From assembly GCA_943788045.1 (NCBI GenBank), contig CALSOT010000005.1:12789-76788 (forward strand): a stretch of DNA of 64,000 nt, in the 5' to 3' direction. Both the position numbers and the translations under genes were made by a program. This DNA comes from an uncultured Polaribacter sp. GTDB lineage: Bacteria > Bacteroidota > Bacteroidia > Flavobacteriales > Flavobacteriaceae. The first letter of the stretch is position 1; every line of letters begins with the position of its first letter. Below, piece by piece: positions 20,183-29,501 of the stretch. The notes beneath the pieces were generated by a model. It ran no database searches, was not told the origin of the DNA, and saw nothing but the letters and a program-made list of their open reading frames with translations.

Positions 20183-23100
20183 ATGTTAAGAATTCTTCAA
20201 GTTATTCAAATAGTAGTTTTTATCATTTGTGTTAATTCGATTCAAGGGCAAAATGTCAATTTTATATCCGATGAGGGGTTTACTAACGGAGCGCTTTCCG
20301 GTCAAACTAATTGGGATGCCCAATCAGGATGGTCAGTTGAAGCAGCCACAGGGGTAGTAACGACAACGCAGTGGTGGCAAAAAGCGGCCTGGGGACAGCC
20401 ATTTTCCCTTTCTGAAGTTGGCGATCAAATAACGTTTAGAGTAGATTTAAATCTTACTGGAACTCTAGCTGCAACAAACAATCCATTAATCAGAATTGGC
20501 TTTATTGCTTCAAGTGATGTTAACGCCAATCTATCAACAATGTTAAATACTGTTTATTTATCTAGCACAAATGGTGGTCTACTTCAACTTCGTGACAATA
20601 CGAATAGTAATCCCTTAAGTTTAGGGACTTCTTTAACAATTTTGGAATGTCAAGGAAGTGAAACAACAGATGATTTGGCGCTTTTGGTAACCCTTACACT
20701 TGGCATAGATGCAGCATCTTCAACAATATCTGCAAAGCTTCTTAATGTAACTGATGGCACTTCATCAAGTATTGGCCACTACAATGGAATAAAGACGGAT
20801 GTATTTAATGCTTCAACAAGCAGTATTTACGGATTTTTTCAAGCTCAATCTTTTACAAGTGGTAGTGATCTCACAGCCATAAATGTAAAAAAAGTTAGCA
20901 TGATTTCAAAAGTAGATATCTTTCCAAAAGTCAAGCGAGAAATTGGAGGGATTTCAACTTTAGATCGTAGTAAATATTTTAATATTCATGCAGGTGTTAA
21001 TGATGTAGAACCGGATTTTTATACAGATTATAATGTGAGTCAAAGTGGACGACAATTTTATGGACCAGGTGGATTTAACGTGCTCGACACTATTAGCCCA
21101 GGAGCTGTTGGCACAGGAACTGTTGGCACATACCCAGAATCAAGTCCTGAAAATAATACAACATTGCGCGAAGTTAGAAGATATGTAGCCACTGATCATC
21201 CTTATCACGTCTATGAAGAAGGGCTTGATCCTGTAGCATTTGCTGATTGGGCGGTAGAGTATTATAAAAATTTTGCAACTACTGACTCAAGACCTGAATA
21301 TTACGAGCCAATGAACGAGCCTTTCGTTCATGCAAGAGACTATTATGATGAACCGGACTTTGATACTGATGCAGAGGCAAGGGTAAAGCTAGAAATGGCT
21401 CAATTTTTTAAGCATGTTGCGCAAAAAATTCATGCCGCTCCAGAATTAGATAATATGAAAATACTTGGTTATTCTTCGGCATTTCCATCTTTTGAAATAA
21501 CTGATTTTTCTAATTGGAATCAAAACATGAAAATGTTTATGGATGAAGCTGGGGCTGATGTTGATATTTTTTCAACACATCTTTACGATGGAATTAATCA
21601 GGTTGGGCAAGAAACCCGAAGATCTGGCAGTAATATGGAAGCCATTCTAGATTTGATTGAAACCTATAGTTATGATAAGTGGGGGCTTATTAAACCACAT
21701 GGCATTACTGAATTTGGAGGAATTGTAAATGGAGATTATACTGATATCAATAACGTTCAGTCTATACGTTCTCAAAATTCGATACTTTTTGGACTTTTGG
21801 AACGAACCGATCGAATGGAAATTGCTATCCCATTTACTACTGGAAAATCCACATGGCATATCAAACAAGACACTATTGAAATGCCATATCATATGCCATA
21901 TAAAGCTATACTATACAAGCCAATCCCAATTGGGGTGCCTTTAGACCAAGTTACAGGTTGGGAATATACCAACAGAATTCATTTTTATGAATTATGGAAA
22001 GATGTTGCTGGAGAGAGAGTATTGATTCGTTCAGGTAATAAGGACGTTCTCGCTCAGGCATTTGCAAATAACGATAAATTATATGTGGCCTTTAACAATT
22101 TAGATGATTTTGATCAGTCCGTTAACCTAAAATTACATGGAAACCTTCCTGAAATTTCGAATGTTGTAATTAAATCTTTAATCGTTAATCCAGGTGTCGA
22201 TGCAGTTTATACAACTCAATCTTTTACAGAATTACAGGAAAGCTACACACTCAAAAAAAATGAAACGGTAGTAATAGAATATACTTTTTCGGAGTCACTT
22301 GTTTTTGATAAAACCATCGAGTCTGTAAATTATTATAGTAATAACCATTTGCAGGAAATCCAGGCAAATACCCCAATTGTTTATAATTTCAATGGTGTGA
22401 CCCTAGGAAATTCTGGATATGCAAAACTTTCTATGAGTATTGGTCGAACACATGATAAATCTAAATCACCCACTGTTTTATTTAATAATATATCAATTCC
22501 TGTACCAATTAATTGGAAAGGGTATGACCAAGCATCAAGAGCTACTTTTTTTGGAACTATAGAAATCTCCGTTCCAATAGGTCTCCTTAACGAAAATAAT
22601 ACAGTTTCAATTACGTTTGCAGATACTGGAGGGCATTTGAGCTCTTTAATACTCAATGCAGAAACATCAGACGCGAATGTTTTATCAGATATTACTTGGG
22701 ATGGTAGTGATAGTTCAGAGTGGGCAGCTGCTGCAAACTGGGATATTAACACAGTTCCATCTGCAACTGACAATGTTATTATTCCTGATGTTGCTACCGC
22801 ACCAATTATTGGAGCAACAACTGGAGCTGAAATTAATAATTTAACAATTACAGAACCAGATGGTATTAATATCACTGCAGGCGGTTCTTTAATAGTAAAT
22901 GGTTCTTCTTCAGGAAATATAACTTATAATAGAACTTTAGACACAGACAACTGGTATTTAGTTTCATCACCTATTGTGGGAGAAATGTATGATGATGCTT
23001 ATGTAACTGATAATGGTATTGATTTAGGAGCAGACTCTAACAGAGGAATTGCATCTTATATAACCAGTGATGACACTTGGGATTATATGCAGGCAGGGGA

Positions 23101-24187
23101 AACTGCTACTTTTTTAGCTGGAATAGGATATTCGATTAAAAGAAGTTCTGTCGGAGATGTTTCTTTTACAGGTACATTAAATGTTGCTGATACTGGAGTA
23201 GATGTAGTTCTCGATGCTACTGGAAATCGTTATAACCTTTTAGGAAATCCTTATTCGTCTCACATTGCTAGTGCAACTTTTTTGACTAATGAAGCTGCTG
23301 TTTCAGAAACACAAACCCTGTGGGTATGGAATCAAGTAACAGGTGCTAGTGGAGCCTATGAAGTAAAAACGTTAGCAGATGCTATGGTAATAGCTCCTGC
23401 ACAAGGATTTTTTATAAAAGCAAATGCGGCTGGAGGCACATTTAACTTTGCTGAATCTAACCAAGCTGGCAGTGGAGGGACCTTTCAAAGAACTGAAGCT
23501 AGACCAGAGATGCATCTTACACTATCTAATCAATCAGATGTAAGAGAGGCTAAAATCTATTATATAGAAAACATGACCACTGGATTTGATGTTGGTTATG
23601 AAGGAGAATTATTTAATGGAGTTGCTAATCCTCTAGATATTTACACGCATTTAGTAGCTGATAGTGAAGGGAAAAATTATCAAGTGCAATCCTTACCAGA
23701 TAATGATTTTGAGGACACGATTATTCCTTTAGGAATTAATGCAATTTCTGGAAGTTCTATTTCTATAGAAGCTTCAAAAAATAACTTCCCTGAAGGAATG
23801 AATATTTATCTAGAAGACAAACAAGACAATAGTTTTACTCTTTTAGAGTCAGATGTTAATTTTAACACTACACTTGAGAATGATCTTTCTGGAATTGGAC
23901 GTTTTTACTTGCATACTACTTCAAGTACTATGAGTACCAATGATTTGGCAACAAACAATAATTTGAGTATTTACTCCTATAATAGAGAAACCCTTCGAGT
24001 TGTGGGTATTCAAAAAGGAGTTGCAAATATTAGTATTTACAATTTACTTGGACAAAAAGTGTTAAGTTCTTCATTTCAAGGAAATGGAGTGAATGATATT
24101 TCATTACCATCTATAATTAATGGAATTTACATCGCAAAAATCACTTCAGAAAACAGAACAACTAACAGGAAAATAATCTTAGAATAA
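20183..24187 (+). CDS. Large T9SS-sorted multidomain glycoside hydrolase (N-domain, GH core, ~430-aa module, CTD)
   Basis: Signal peptide MLRILQVIQIVVFIICVNSIQGQ. The N-terminal ~250-aa domain is shared with the genes at 25832 and 28395. The GH core (YYEPMNEPF, GITEFGG) is paralogous to 18358..20172. The C-terminal module is shared with 25832..28139. A T9SS type-A CTD-like tail ends the protein (ISIYNLLGQKVL...NGIYIAKITSENRTTNRKIILE). Confidence 0.75.
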   Translation: MLRILQVIQIVVFIICVNSIQGQNVNFISDEGFTNGALSGQTNWDAQSGWSVEAATGVVTTTQWWQKAAWGQPFSLSEVGDQITFRVDLNLTGTLAATNNPLIRIGFIASSDVNANLSTMLNTVYLSSTNGGLLQLRDNTNSNPLSLGTSLTILECQGSETTDDLALLVTLTLGIDAASSTISAKLLNVTDGTSSSIGHYNGIKTDVFNASTSSIYGFFQAQSFTSGSDLTAINVKKVSMISKVDIFPKVKREIGGISTLDRSKYFNIHAGVNDVEPDFYTDYNVSQSGRQFYGPGGFNVLDTISPGAVGTGTVGTYPESSPENNTTLREVRRYVATDHPYHVYEEGLDPVAFADWAVEYYKNFATTDSRPEYYEPMNEPFVHARDYYDEPDFDTDAEARVKLEMAQFFKHVAQKIHAAPELDNMKILGYSSAFPSFEITDFSNWNQNMKMFMDEAGADVDIFSTHLYDGINQVGQETRRSGSNMEAILDLIETYSYDKWGLIKPHGITEFGGIVNGDYTDINNVQSIRSQNSILFGLLERTDRMEIAIPFTTGKSTWHIKQDTIEMPYHMPYKAILYKPIPIGVPLDQVTGWEYTNRIHFYELWKDVAGERVLIRSGNKDVLAQAFANNDKLYVAFNNLDDFDQSVNLKLHGNLPEISNVVIKSLIVNPGVDAVYTTQSFTELQESYTLKKNETVVIEYTFSESLVFDKTIESVNYYSNNHLQEIQANTPIVYNFNGVTLGNSGYAKLSMSIGRTHDKSKSPTVLFNNISIPVPINWKGYDQASRATFFGTIEISVPIGLLNENNTVSITFADTGGHLSSLILNAETSDANVLSDITWDGSDSSEWAAAANWDINTVPSATDNVIIPDVATAPIIGATTGAEINNLTITEPDGINITAGGSLIVNGSSSGNITYNRTLDTDNWYLVSSPIVGEMYDDAYVTDNGIDLGADSNRGIASYITSDDTWDYMQAGETATFLAGIGYSIKRSSVGDVSFTGTLNVADTGVDVVLDATGNRYNLLGNPYSSHIASATFLTNEAAVSETQTLWVWNQVTGASGAYEVKTLADAMVIAPAQGFFIKANAAGGTFNFAESNQAGSGGTFQRTEARPEMHLTLSNQSDVREAKIYYIENMTTGFDVGYEGELFNGVANPLDIYTHLVADSEGKNYQVQSLPDNDFEDTIIPLGINAISGSSISIEASKNNFPEGMNIYLEDKQDNSFTLLESDVNFNTTLENDLSGIGRFYLHTTSSTMSTNDLATNNNLSIYSYNRETLRVVGIQKGVANISIYNLLGQKVLSSSFQGNGVNDISLPSIINGIYIAKITSENRTTNRKIILE

Positions 24188-24314
24188 ATAACGAGAACTT
24201 ACAAAGAATAATATTTATAAAAACGAAACGGTAGTGATGAAATACACTTTTATGGTAAAATTGTTAACGCTACAATTCAGCCAATCATCAAAAACTAAGA
24301 AAATTTTCAAAAAG

Positions 24315-25721
24315 ATGTTTTTAAAATCTTTCTATGCTTTTACCTACATTTTTTTTAGTGTACAAATTGTATGTGCTCAAAAGTACGTGTCTAAAATTTT
24401 CGAAAATGGAAATACCATTTGTCTCCTAGGAGACAGCATTACCCACGGAGGGCAGTTTCATGAATTCCTACAACTCTATTACGCCACTCGCTATCCAAAT
24501 CTAAAACTCACTTTTATAAATTGTGGAATCGCTGGAGATAATGCCGAAGGTATGATCTACAGATTAGATAAAGACGTCCTTATTCATGAGCCAAGTCATG
24601 TGTTTTTAATGACCGGTATGAATGATGTAATACGGACACTTTATTTTGAAGGTAAAGCTTCGGATGAAATTATAGAAAAGCGAAAAATTGCACTGTTTGA
24701 ATACAAAAAAAACACAGACGTTTTAGCAGAAAAATTTGAAGCATCAGGAATATCTCCAATCTATCTTACCCCATCAATTTACGATCAATACTCGAAAATT
24801 GAAAAAGAAAATGACTTAGGTTGCAATGATGCTCTTATTGAATGTTCTGACCACATTAAATCAATTGCATATCAGTATGATGCAACCGTTGTTGATTTAA
24901 ATACCCCAATGAAGAACATTATGGAGCGAGAACTACAAAACGATTCCTTATTTACAATTGTTGGTAAGGACCGAGTACACCCAGAAACAACAGGACATTT
25001 TATTATGTTTTATGAAATTTTATCAACGATAGAATCACCAAGTCTTGTAGCTCAAATTTCAATTGACCTGCATCAAAAACCAAGTGTTCAAACAAAAAAC
25101 TGCGTTGTTGAGAAATTTCAAATTTCAAATGAAACTATTACTTTTAATTGTTTAGAAAACAGCCTACCATTCCCTATTAATGAAGCTATAGAAAAAGCTA
25201 TTTCTTTGGTTCCTTTTCAAAACAATTTCAACAAAGAAATACTTCAAATTAAAGGGCTAAAAGAGGGTGAATATGATCTTTTTATTCAGGAAAAATTAAT
25301 AAATACTTTTTCTAGTAAGGAGCTAAATGAAGGTGTCAATCTTTCAAATCAATTGAATAGCCCGCAATTACAACAAGCCAAAAAAATTACGAAACTTTGT
25401 AAAGAGTATCGCAAGACAGGCTATCAATTACGAGCAGTTCCGCTTATTGAGTTCAAATACCTTCGCGACTACCGAGGTGCTAACAATCTTTTGGGTAAAC
25501 AAAAGCATTTAGAAAAAAAGTTGAAAATAATTGAAGGAAAACCGTTTTACAATTATATCAAAAGGAGTATTGATGTGTATTTTGAAACACTTCCTAAACA
25601 GGACTCATTAAAAAATAGACTACAATTAATTGAAAACTCTATTTATGAAGAAAATAAACCGACTCAACTAAAATGGCGTCTTGTAAAAAACATGAAACAG
25701 AGTTCTTATCAAAAAATGTAG
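24315..25721 (+). CDS. SGNH/GDSL-family hydrolase (putative carbohydrate esterase) with C-terminal extension
   Basis: Signal peptide MFLKSFYAFTYIFFSVQIVCAQ. SGNH blocks ICLLGDSITHGG, MTGMNDV and DRVHP. Confidence 0.7.
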   Translation: MFLKSFYAFTYIFFSVQIVCAQKYVSKIFENGNTICLLGDSITHGGQFHEFLQLYYATRYPNLKLTFINCGIAGDNAEGMIYRLDKDVLIHEPSHVFLMTGMNDVIRTLYFEGKASDEIIEKRKIALFEYKKNTDVLAEKFEASGISPIYLTPSIYDQYSKIEKENDLGCNDALIECSDHIKSIAYQYDATVVDLNTPMKNIMERELQNDSLFTIVGKDRVHPETTGHFIMFYEILSTIESPSLVAQISIDLHQKPSVQTKNCVVEKFQISNETITFNCLENSLPFPINEAIEKAISLVPFQNNFNKEILQIKGLKEGEYDLFIQEKLINTFSSKELNEGVNLSNQLNSPQLQQAKKITKLCKEYRKTGYQLRAVPLIEFKYLRDYRGANNLLGKQKHLEKKLKIIEGKPFYNYIKRSIDVYFETLPKQDSLKNRLQLIENSIYEENKPTQLKWRLVKNMKQSSYQKM

Positions 25722-25831
25722 TATAAATCAGAATATTTAAGATGTTTTTTACATATGTAATATAAATCAGAACATATATGGAACTTCTTTAACTGCGTCA
25801 TTCTTAATTTTATGTGACAAACAAACAAATT

Positions 25832-28139
25832 ATGAAAAAAATTTACACACTATTATTTTTTACCATAACCACAAGTTTTTTAACTGCTCAAACTACAGCA
25901 AATTTTTCTACTGCAGAAGGGTATACCAATGGTTTACTTAGCAACAACACAAACTGGGGTGGCCAGTTTATTTATGTTAACACGACCAATGAAAGTGTAT
26001 CCACTCAGTCCAACGGCGCTGAGGCTTATTGGGGGCAGTCTCAATCAATAACAGAGGGTGAAACAATTACTTTTGAAGTTGATATGAAATTTGGAGGCGA
26101 TCTTGGATATATAGCTAATACATTTATTGCTCAAATTGGTTTTAATGCTGGAGGGACTACTTCTTCAGGGGGTAGCGACAGACAATTTATTTACTCTAAA
26201 AGCACTGACTAACGGTAAACTAAAAATTGAAAGGCGTGCGGGGGGTAACCTATCATCCACACCTACTTATGTTGAGGGCTGGGATATTGATACTTGGAAA
26301 AATGATGATTTGACTGTTAAAGTATCTTTTTTATTGGGTAATAGTGCATCAAGCTCTACAGTAACCGTAAAGCTAATCAATAATACAACTGGAGAATATA
26401 CTGATGCTGCATTTGACCAAAATGGGGTTGTTAGTACAAGTGTTTACGATGGAGCTGTTAATGGTAATTTATATGGTTTTTTTAGAACAGTAACTCTTCA
26501 AGATGGTGATGGTGATACTACCGAAAGTTTTGCGGTATCACGCGTAAAATTGGTAAACGAAGATACATTGTTTCCAAACACTTTCTATAATACTAGTGGA
26601 GACAATCAGTGGGGAACTGCAACTAATTGGGAATCGGGTAATGTGCCAACATCATATACTGATGTTAATATTTTAAATGGTCAATCAATTCAAGCTGGAG
26701 TTTCTACAACAGCTTTAGCCAATAGTATTGTTGTTAATAGTGGAGGTAGTCTAACTATAGATCAAACATCATCTGTAACAGTTTCAGATGATTTCAACAA
26801 CAATGGAACTGTTACATTAAACTCAGGCGGTTCTTTAATAGTAAATGGTACTTCTTCAGGAAACGTAACTTACAACAGAGATTTAGCCACTACTAATTGG
26901 TATTTAGTTTCATCACCTGTTGTGGGAGAAACGTATGATGATGCTTATGTGACTGCCAATGGTATAGCTTCAGGGACACAAAACACGAACTCTAGAGGAA
27001 TTGCACCATATGTAACTACTGATGATTCTTGGGATTATATGCTGGCAGGAGAAACTGCCACTTTTTCTGCTGGAACAGGATATTCCGTTAAGAGAAGTTC
27101 TACCGGAGATGTTTCTTTTACAGGAACACTAAATGTTGATAATGCCGGTGTTGATGTTGTTCTTTCTTCTGATGGAAATCGTTTTAATCTTTTAGGAAAT
27201 CCTTACACATCACATATTGCAAGTGCAACTTTTTTAGCTAATGAAGGTGCTGTTTCAGAAACACAAACACTCTGGGTTTGGGATCAAGGTTCAGGTTCTG
27301 GAGCTTATGAAGTAAAAACACTTGCAGATGCTATGGTAATCGCTCCTGCTCAAGGATTTTTTGTAAAAGCAAATGCCGCTGGCGGTACCTTTAACTTTGC
27401 TGAATCTAACCAAGCTAGTAGTGGAGGTTCTTTTCAAAGAACTGATACTAGACCAGAGATATATTTAACAATCTCTGATCAAACAGATGCTAGAGAAGCT
27501 AAAATATATTATATAGAAGACATGACCACTGGATTTGATGTGGGTTATGAGGGAGAATTATTTAATGGGGTCTCTAATCCGTTGGCGATTTACACCCATT
27601 TGGTTGCTGATAGTGAAGGAAAGAATTACCAAGTACAATCTTTACCTCCCAACAACTATGAAAACATGATTGTTCCTTTAGGAATTAATGCTGAAGCTGG
27701 AACTGCCATTACCATAAATGCATCTGCAAACAACTTCCCTTCAGATATAAACATTTATCTAGAAGACAAACAAGACAATAGTTTTACTTTGTTAGAAGCA
27801 GATTCAAACTTTAGCTTTACACCAGAGAATAATCTTGACGGTATTGGACGTTTTTACTTGCATACCACATCTGGAGCTTTAAGTTCGGATGACTTCGCTA
27901 TAAACAATAACATCAGTATGTATACCTCTAGTAATGATAATATAAGAATTGTTGGTATACAGAATGGTAACGCTACTGTTCAATTGTATACTATTCTAGG
28001 GAAAGAGATCTTAAAAAACTCTTTTACAGGAAGCGGTATCAATGACATCAAAGTAAATGATATCCCTAGAGGCATTTATATTGTAAAACTTACTACAGAA
28101 AACGGGACGCTAAACAGAAAAATCATCATTCAATACTAG
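25832..28139 (+). pseudogene. T9SS-sorted non-catalytic paralog (N-domain, shared module, CTD), frameshifted in a G5 run
   Basis: Two overlapping ORFs (25814..26212 and 26127..28139) form one gene by homology to the paralogs. Removing one G from GGGGG at 26168-26172 gives ...TSSGVATDNLFTLKALTNGKLKI..., aligning with ...NTVYLSSTNGGLLQL... of the 20183 gene. CTD tail VQLYTILGKEIL...GIYIVKLTTENGTLNRKIIIQY. Confidence 0.7.
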
Positions 28140-28153
28140 AAATCTATAAACAC

Positions 28154-28324
28154 ATGGAACATCAAAAAAAAAAACAAAAAGAAGAGATTTCAAGAAAAAA
28201 GGCTCTTAAAAAAATTGGAAACTATGGTAAATATGCGGCTTTAACTGCCATAGGTACTTATACGTTATTAAATCCTAAAAAAGCACAAGCAATGAGTCCT
28301 GCAGATCCCGGCAGCGGATTTTAA
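28154..28324 (+). CDS. Small 56-aa ORF with a basic N-terminus, one hydrophobic segment and a short C-terminal peptide (hypothetical)
   Basis: My own translation is MEHQKKKQKEEISRKKALKKIGNYGKYAALTAIGTYTLLNPKKAQAMSPADPGSGF. It is below the track length cutoff and fills the gap between two T9SS paralogs. It contains an A11 run (28164-28174). The coding status is unproven. Confidence 0.3.
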   Translation: MEHQKKKQKEEISRKKALKKIGNYGKYAALTAIGTYTLLNPKKAQAMSPADPGSGF

Positions 28325-28394
28325 TTAGCTATTTAACACGGTGTCTAATGAATAACTTTTAAATTCACTAATTTTAAAATTAAATACAAAAATT

Positions 28395-29414
28395 ATGAAA
28401 AAAATTTACATGCTAATATTTTTTACCATAACCACAAGTTTTTTAACTGCTCAAACTACAGTAAACTTTACTGAAGATGAGGGGTTTACGTCCGGAGTAT
28501 TATACAATCAAACAAATTGGGACTCTCAGTTTACCGGAACCACATGGACTGTTAATCCATCGGCAGCAGGTATGACTTTAGTTGGCGCTAATCCTGTCAA
28601 CCCTGGTGATGGTGAATACCAAAGGGCAGCTTGGGAGCAGGGTTTTTCAGTCTCTGGTCCTGGTGAGTCAATTACCTTTAGAGTTGATCTTAAGTTTTTA
28701 GGTACTATTGGTACCAGTAACAACCCACTTATGAAAATTGGTTTTAGTGATGGTGCTGATGTAAGTGGAGGTGATACCCCCTTCCCAACAAACAATGGTG
28801 TTTTTTTAAGAACGGCCAATTTTGAGGGCCAACTACAACTTGGAAATAATGGGAATGGTGGTCCATTATCTCCAAATGCATCCCTTCCAATAGCCGATTG
28901 CCAAGCTGTCGGTGAGTCAGATGATTTGGCAGTACTAGTTACTTTGACGCTTGGCGCTGATGCGACAAGTTCGACAATTAGTGCAATATTAAAAAACTTA
29001 ACAGATGGAACAAAAACTGATATTGGTTCATATGAAAGTATAGAACCTTTGTTATTTACGGCAGCAACAAGTAATATTTACGGTTATTTTCAGAGTTCAA
29101 GTTTTAAAACTACAGCAGGTGGCGGAGCATTAACAGAAATTCAAGTTAGTTCGGTAACTATGACAGCAGGAAATGTACTAAATACAGATTCATATTCCAT
29201 TTCTAATTTTAACTTTTCTCAAAACCCTGTTGAGGATACCTTGCAGCTGAGAGGGGTCACTACAGGAAGTAAAATTTCTGTTTATAACGTTACTGGAGCT
29301 TTAGTAAATAATTATGTTTATGATGGTAATCAATTAAACTTAGGACATCTAAGTTCTGGAGTTTACTTTATGCAAGTGCCGGGTTTTACAACTCAAAAAC
29401 TAATAAAGAAATAA
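28395..29414 (+). CDS. T9SS-sorted protein made of the shared N-domain plus CTD only
   Basis: The signal peptide MKKIYMLIFFTITTSFLTAQT is nearly identical to that of 25832. The N-domain is homologous to the N-terminus of 20183 (DDLAVLVTLTLGADATSSTISAILKNLTDGT vs DDLALLVTLTLGIDAASSTISAKLLNVTDGT). CTD tail KISVYNVTGALV...GVYFMQV. Confidence 0.7.
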   Translation: MKKIYMLIFFTITTSFLTAQTTVNFTEDEGFTSGVLYNQTNWDSQFTGTTWTVNPSAAGMTLVGANPVNPGDGEYQRAAWEQGFSVSGPGESITFRVDLKFLGTIGTSNNPLMKIGFSDGADVSGGDTPFPTNNGVFLRTANFEGQLQLGNNGNGGPLSPNASLPIADCQAVGESDDLAVLVTLTLGADATSSTISAILKNLTDGTKTDIGSYESIEPLLFTAATSNIYGYFQSSSFKTTAGGGALTEIQVSSVTMTAGNVLNTDSYSISNFNFSQNPVEDTLQLRGVTTGSKISVYNVTGALVNNYVYDGNQLNLGHLSSGVYFMQVPGFTTQKLIKK

Positions 29415-29501
29415 TACCAACTAATAAAATTAAAACCTTTAAGATCAAAGTCACCGTAATTCGGTGGTTTTGTCTGTTTTACGCTATTTATTAAAATCAA
29501 T

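Noticed and set aside
22381-22875. 164-aa antisense ORF inside the large T9SS hydrolase gene. Similar antisense or overlapping track ORFs are 6241..6483, 7082..7321, 7234..7473, 7879..8094, 8779..8985, 10861..11082, 14276..14488, 17895..18098, 19833..20063, 21647..21892, 28526..28819, 31013..31324, 31613..31831, 32083..32330, 35323..35757, 36156..36569, 36815..37236, 38131..38433, 48520..48753, 50748..50957, 51675..51965, 53092..53289, 57610..57906 and 60773..61009.
   Set aside because: Each lies wholly within a longer ORF that has clear family motifs on the other strand or frame. None shows recognisable motifs. They are treated as shadow ORFs.
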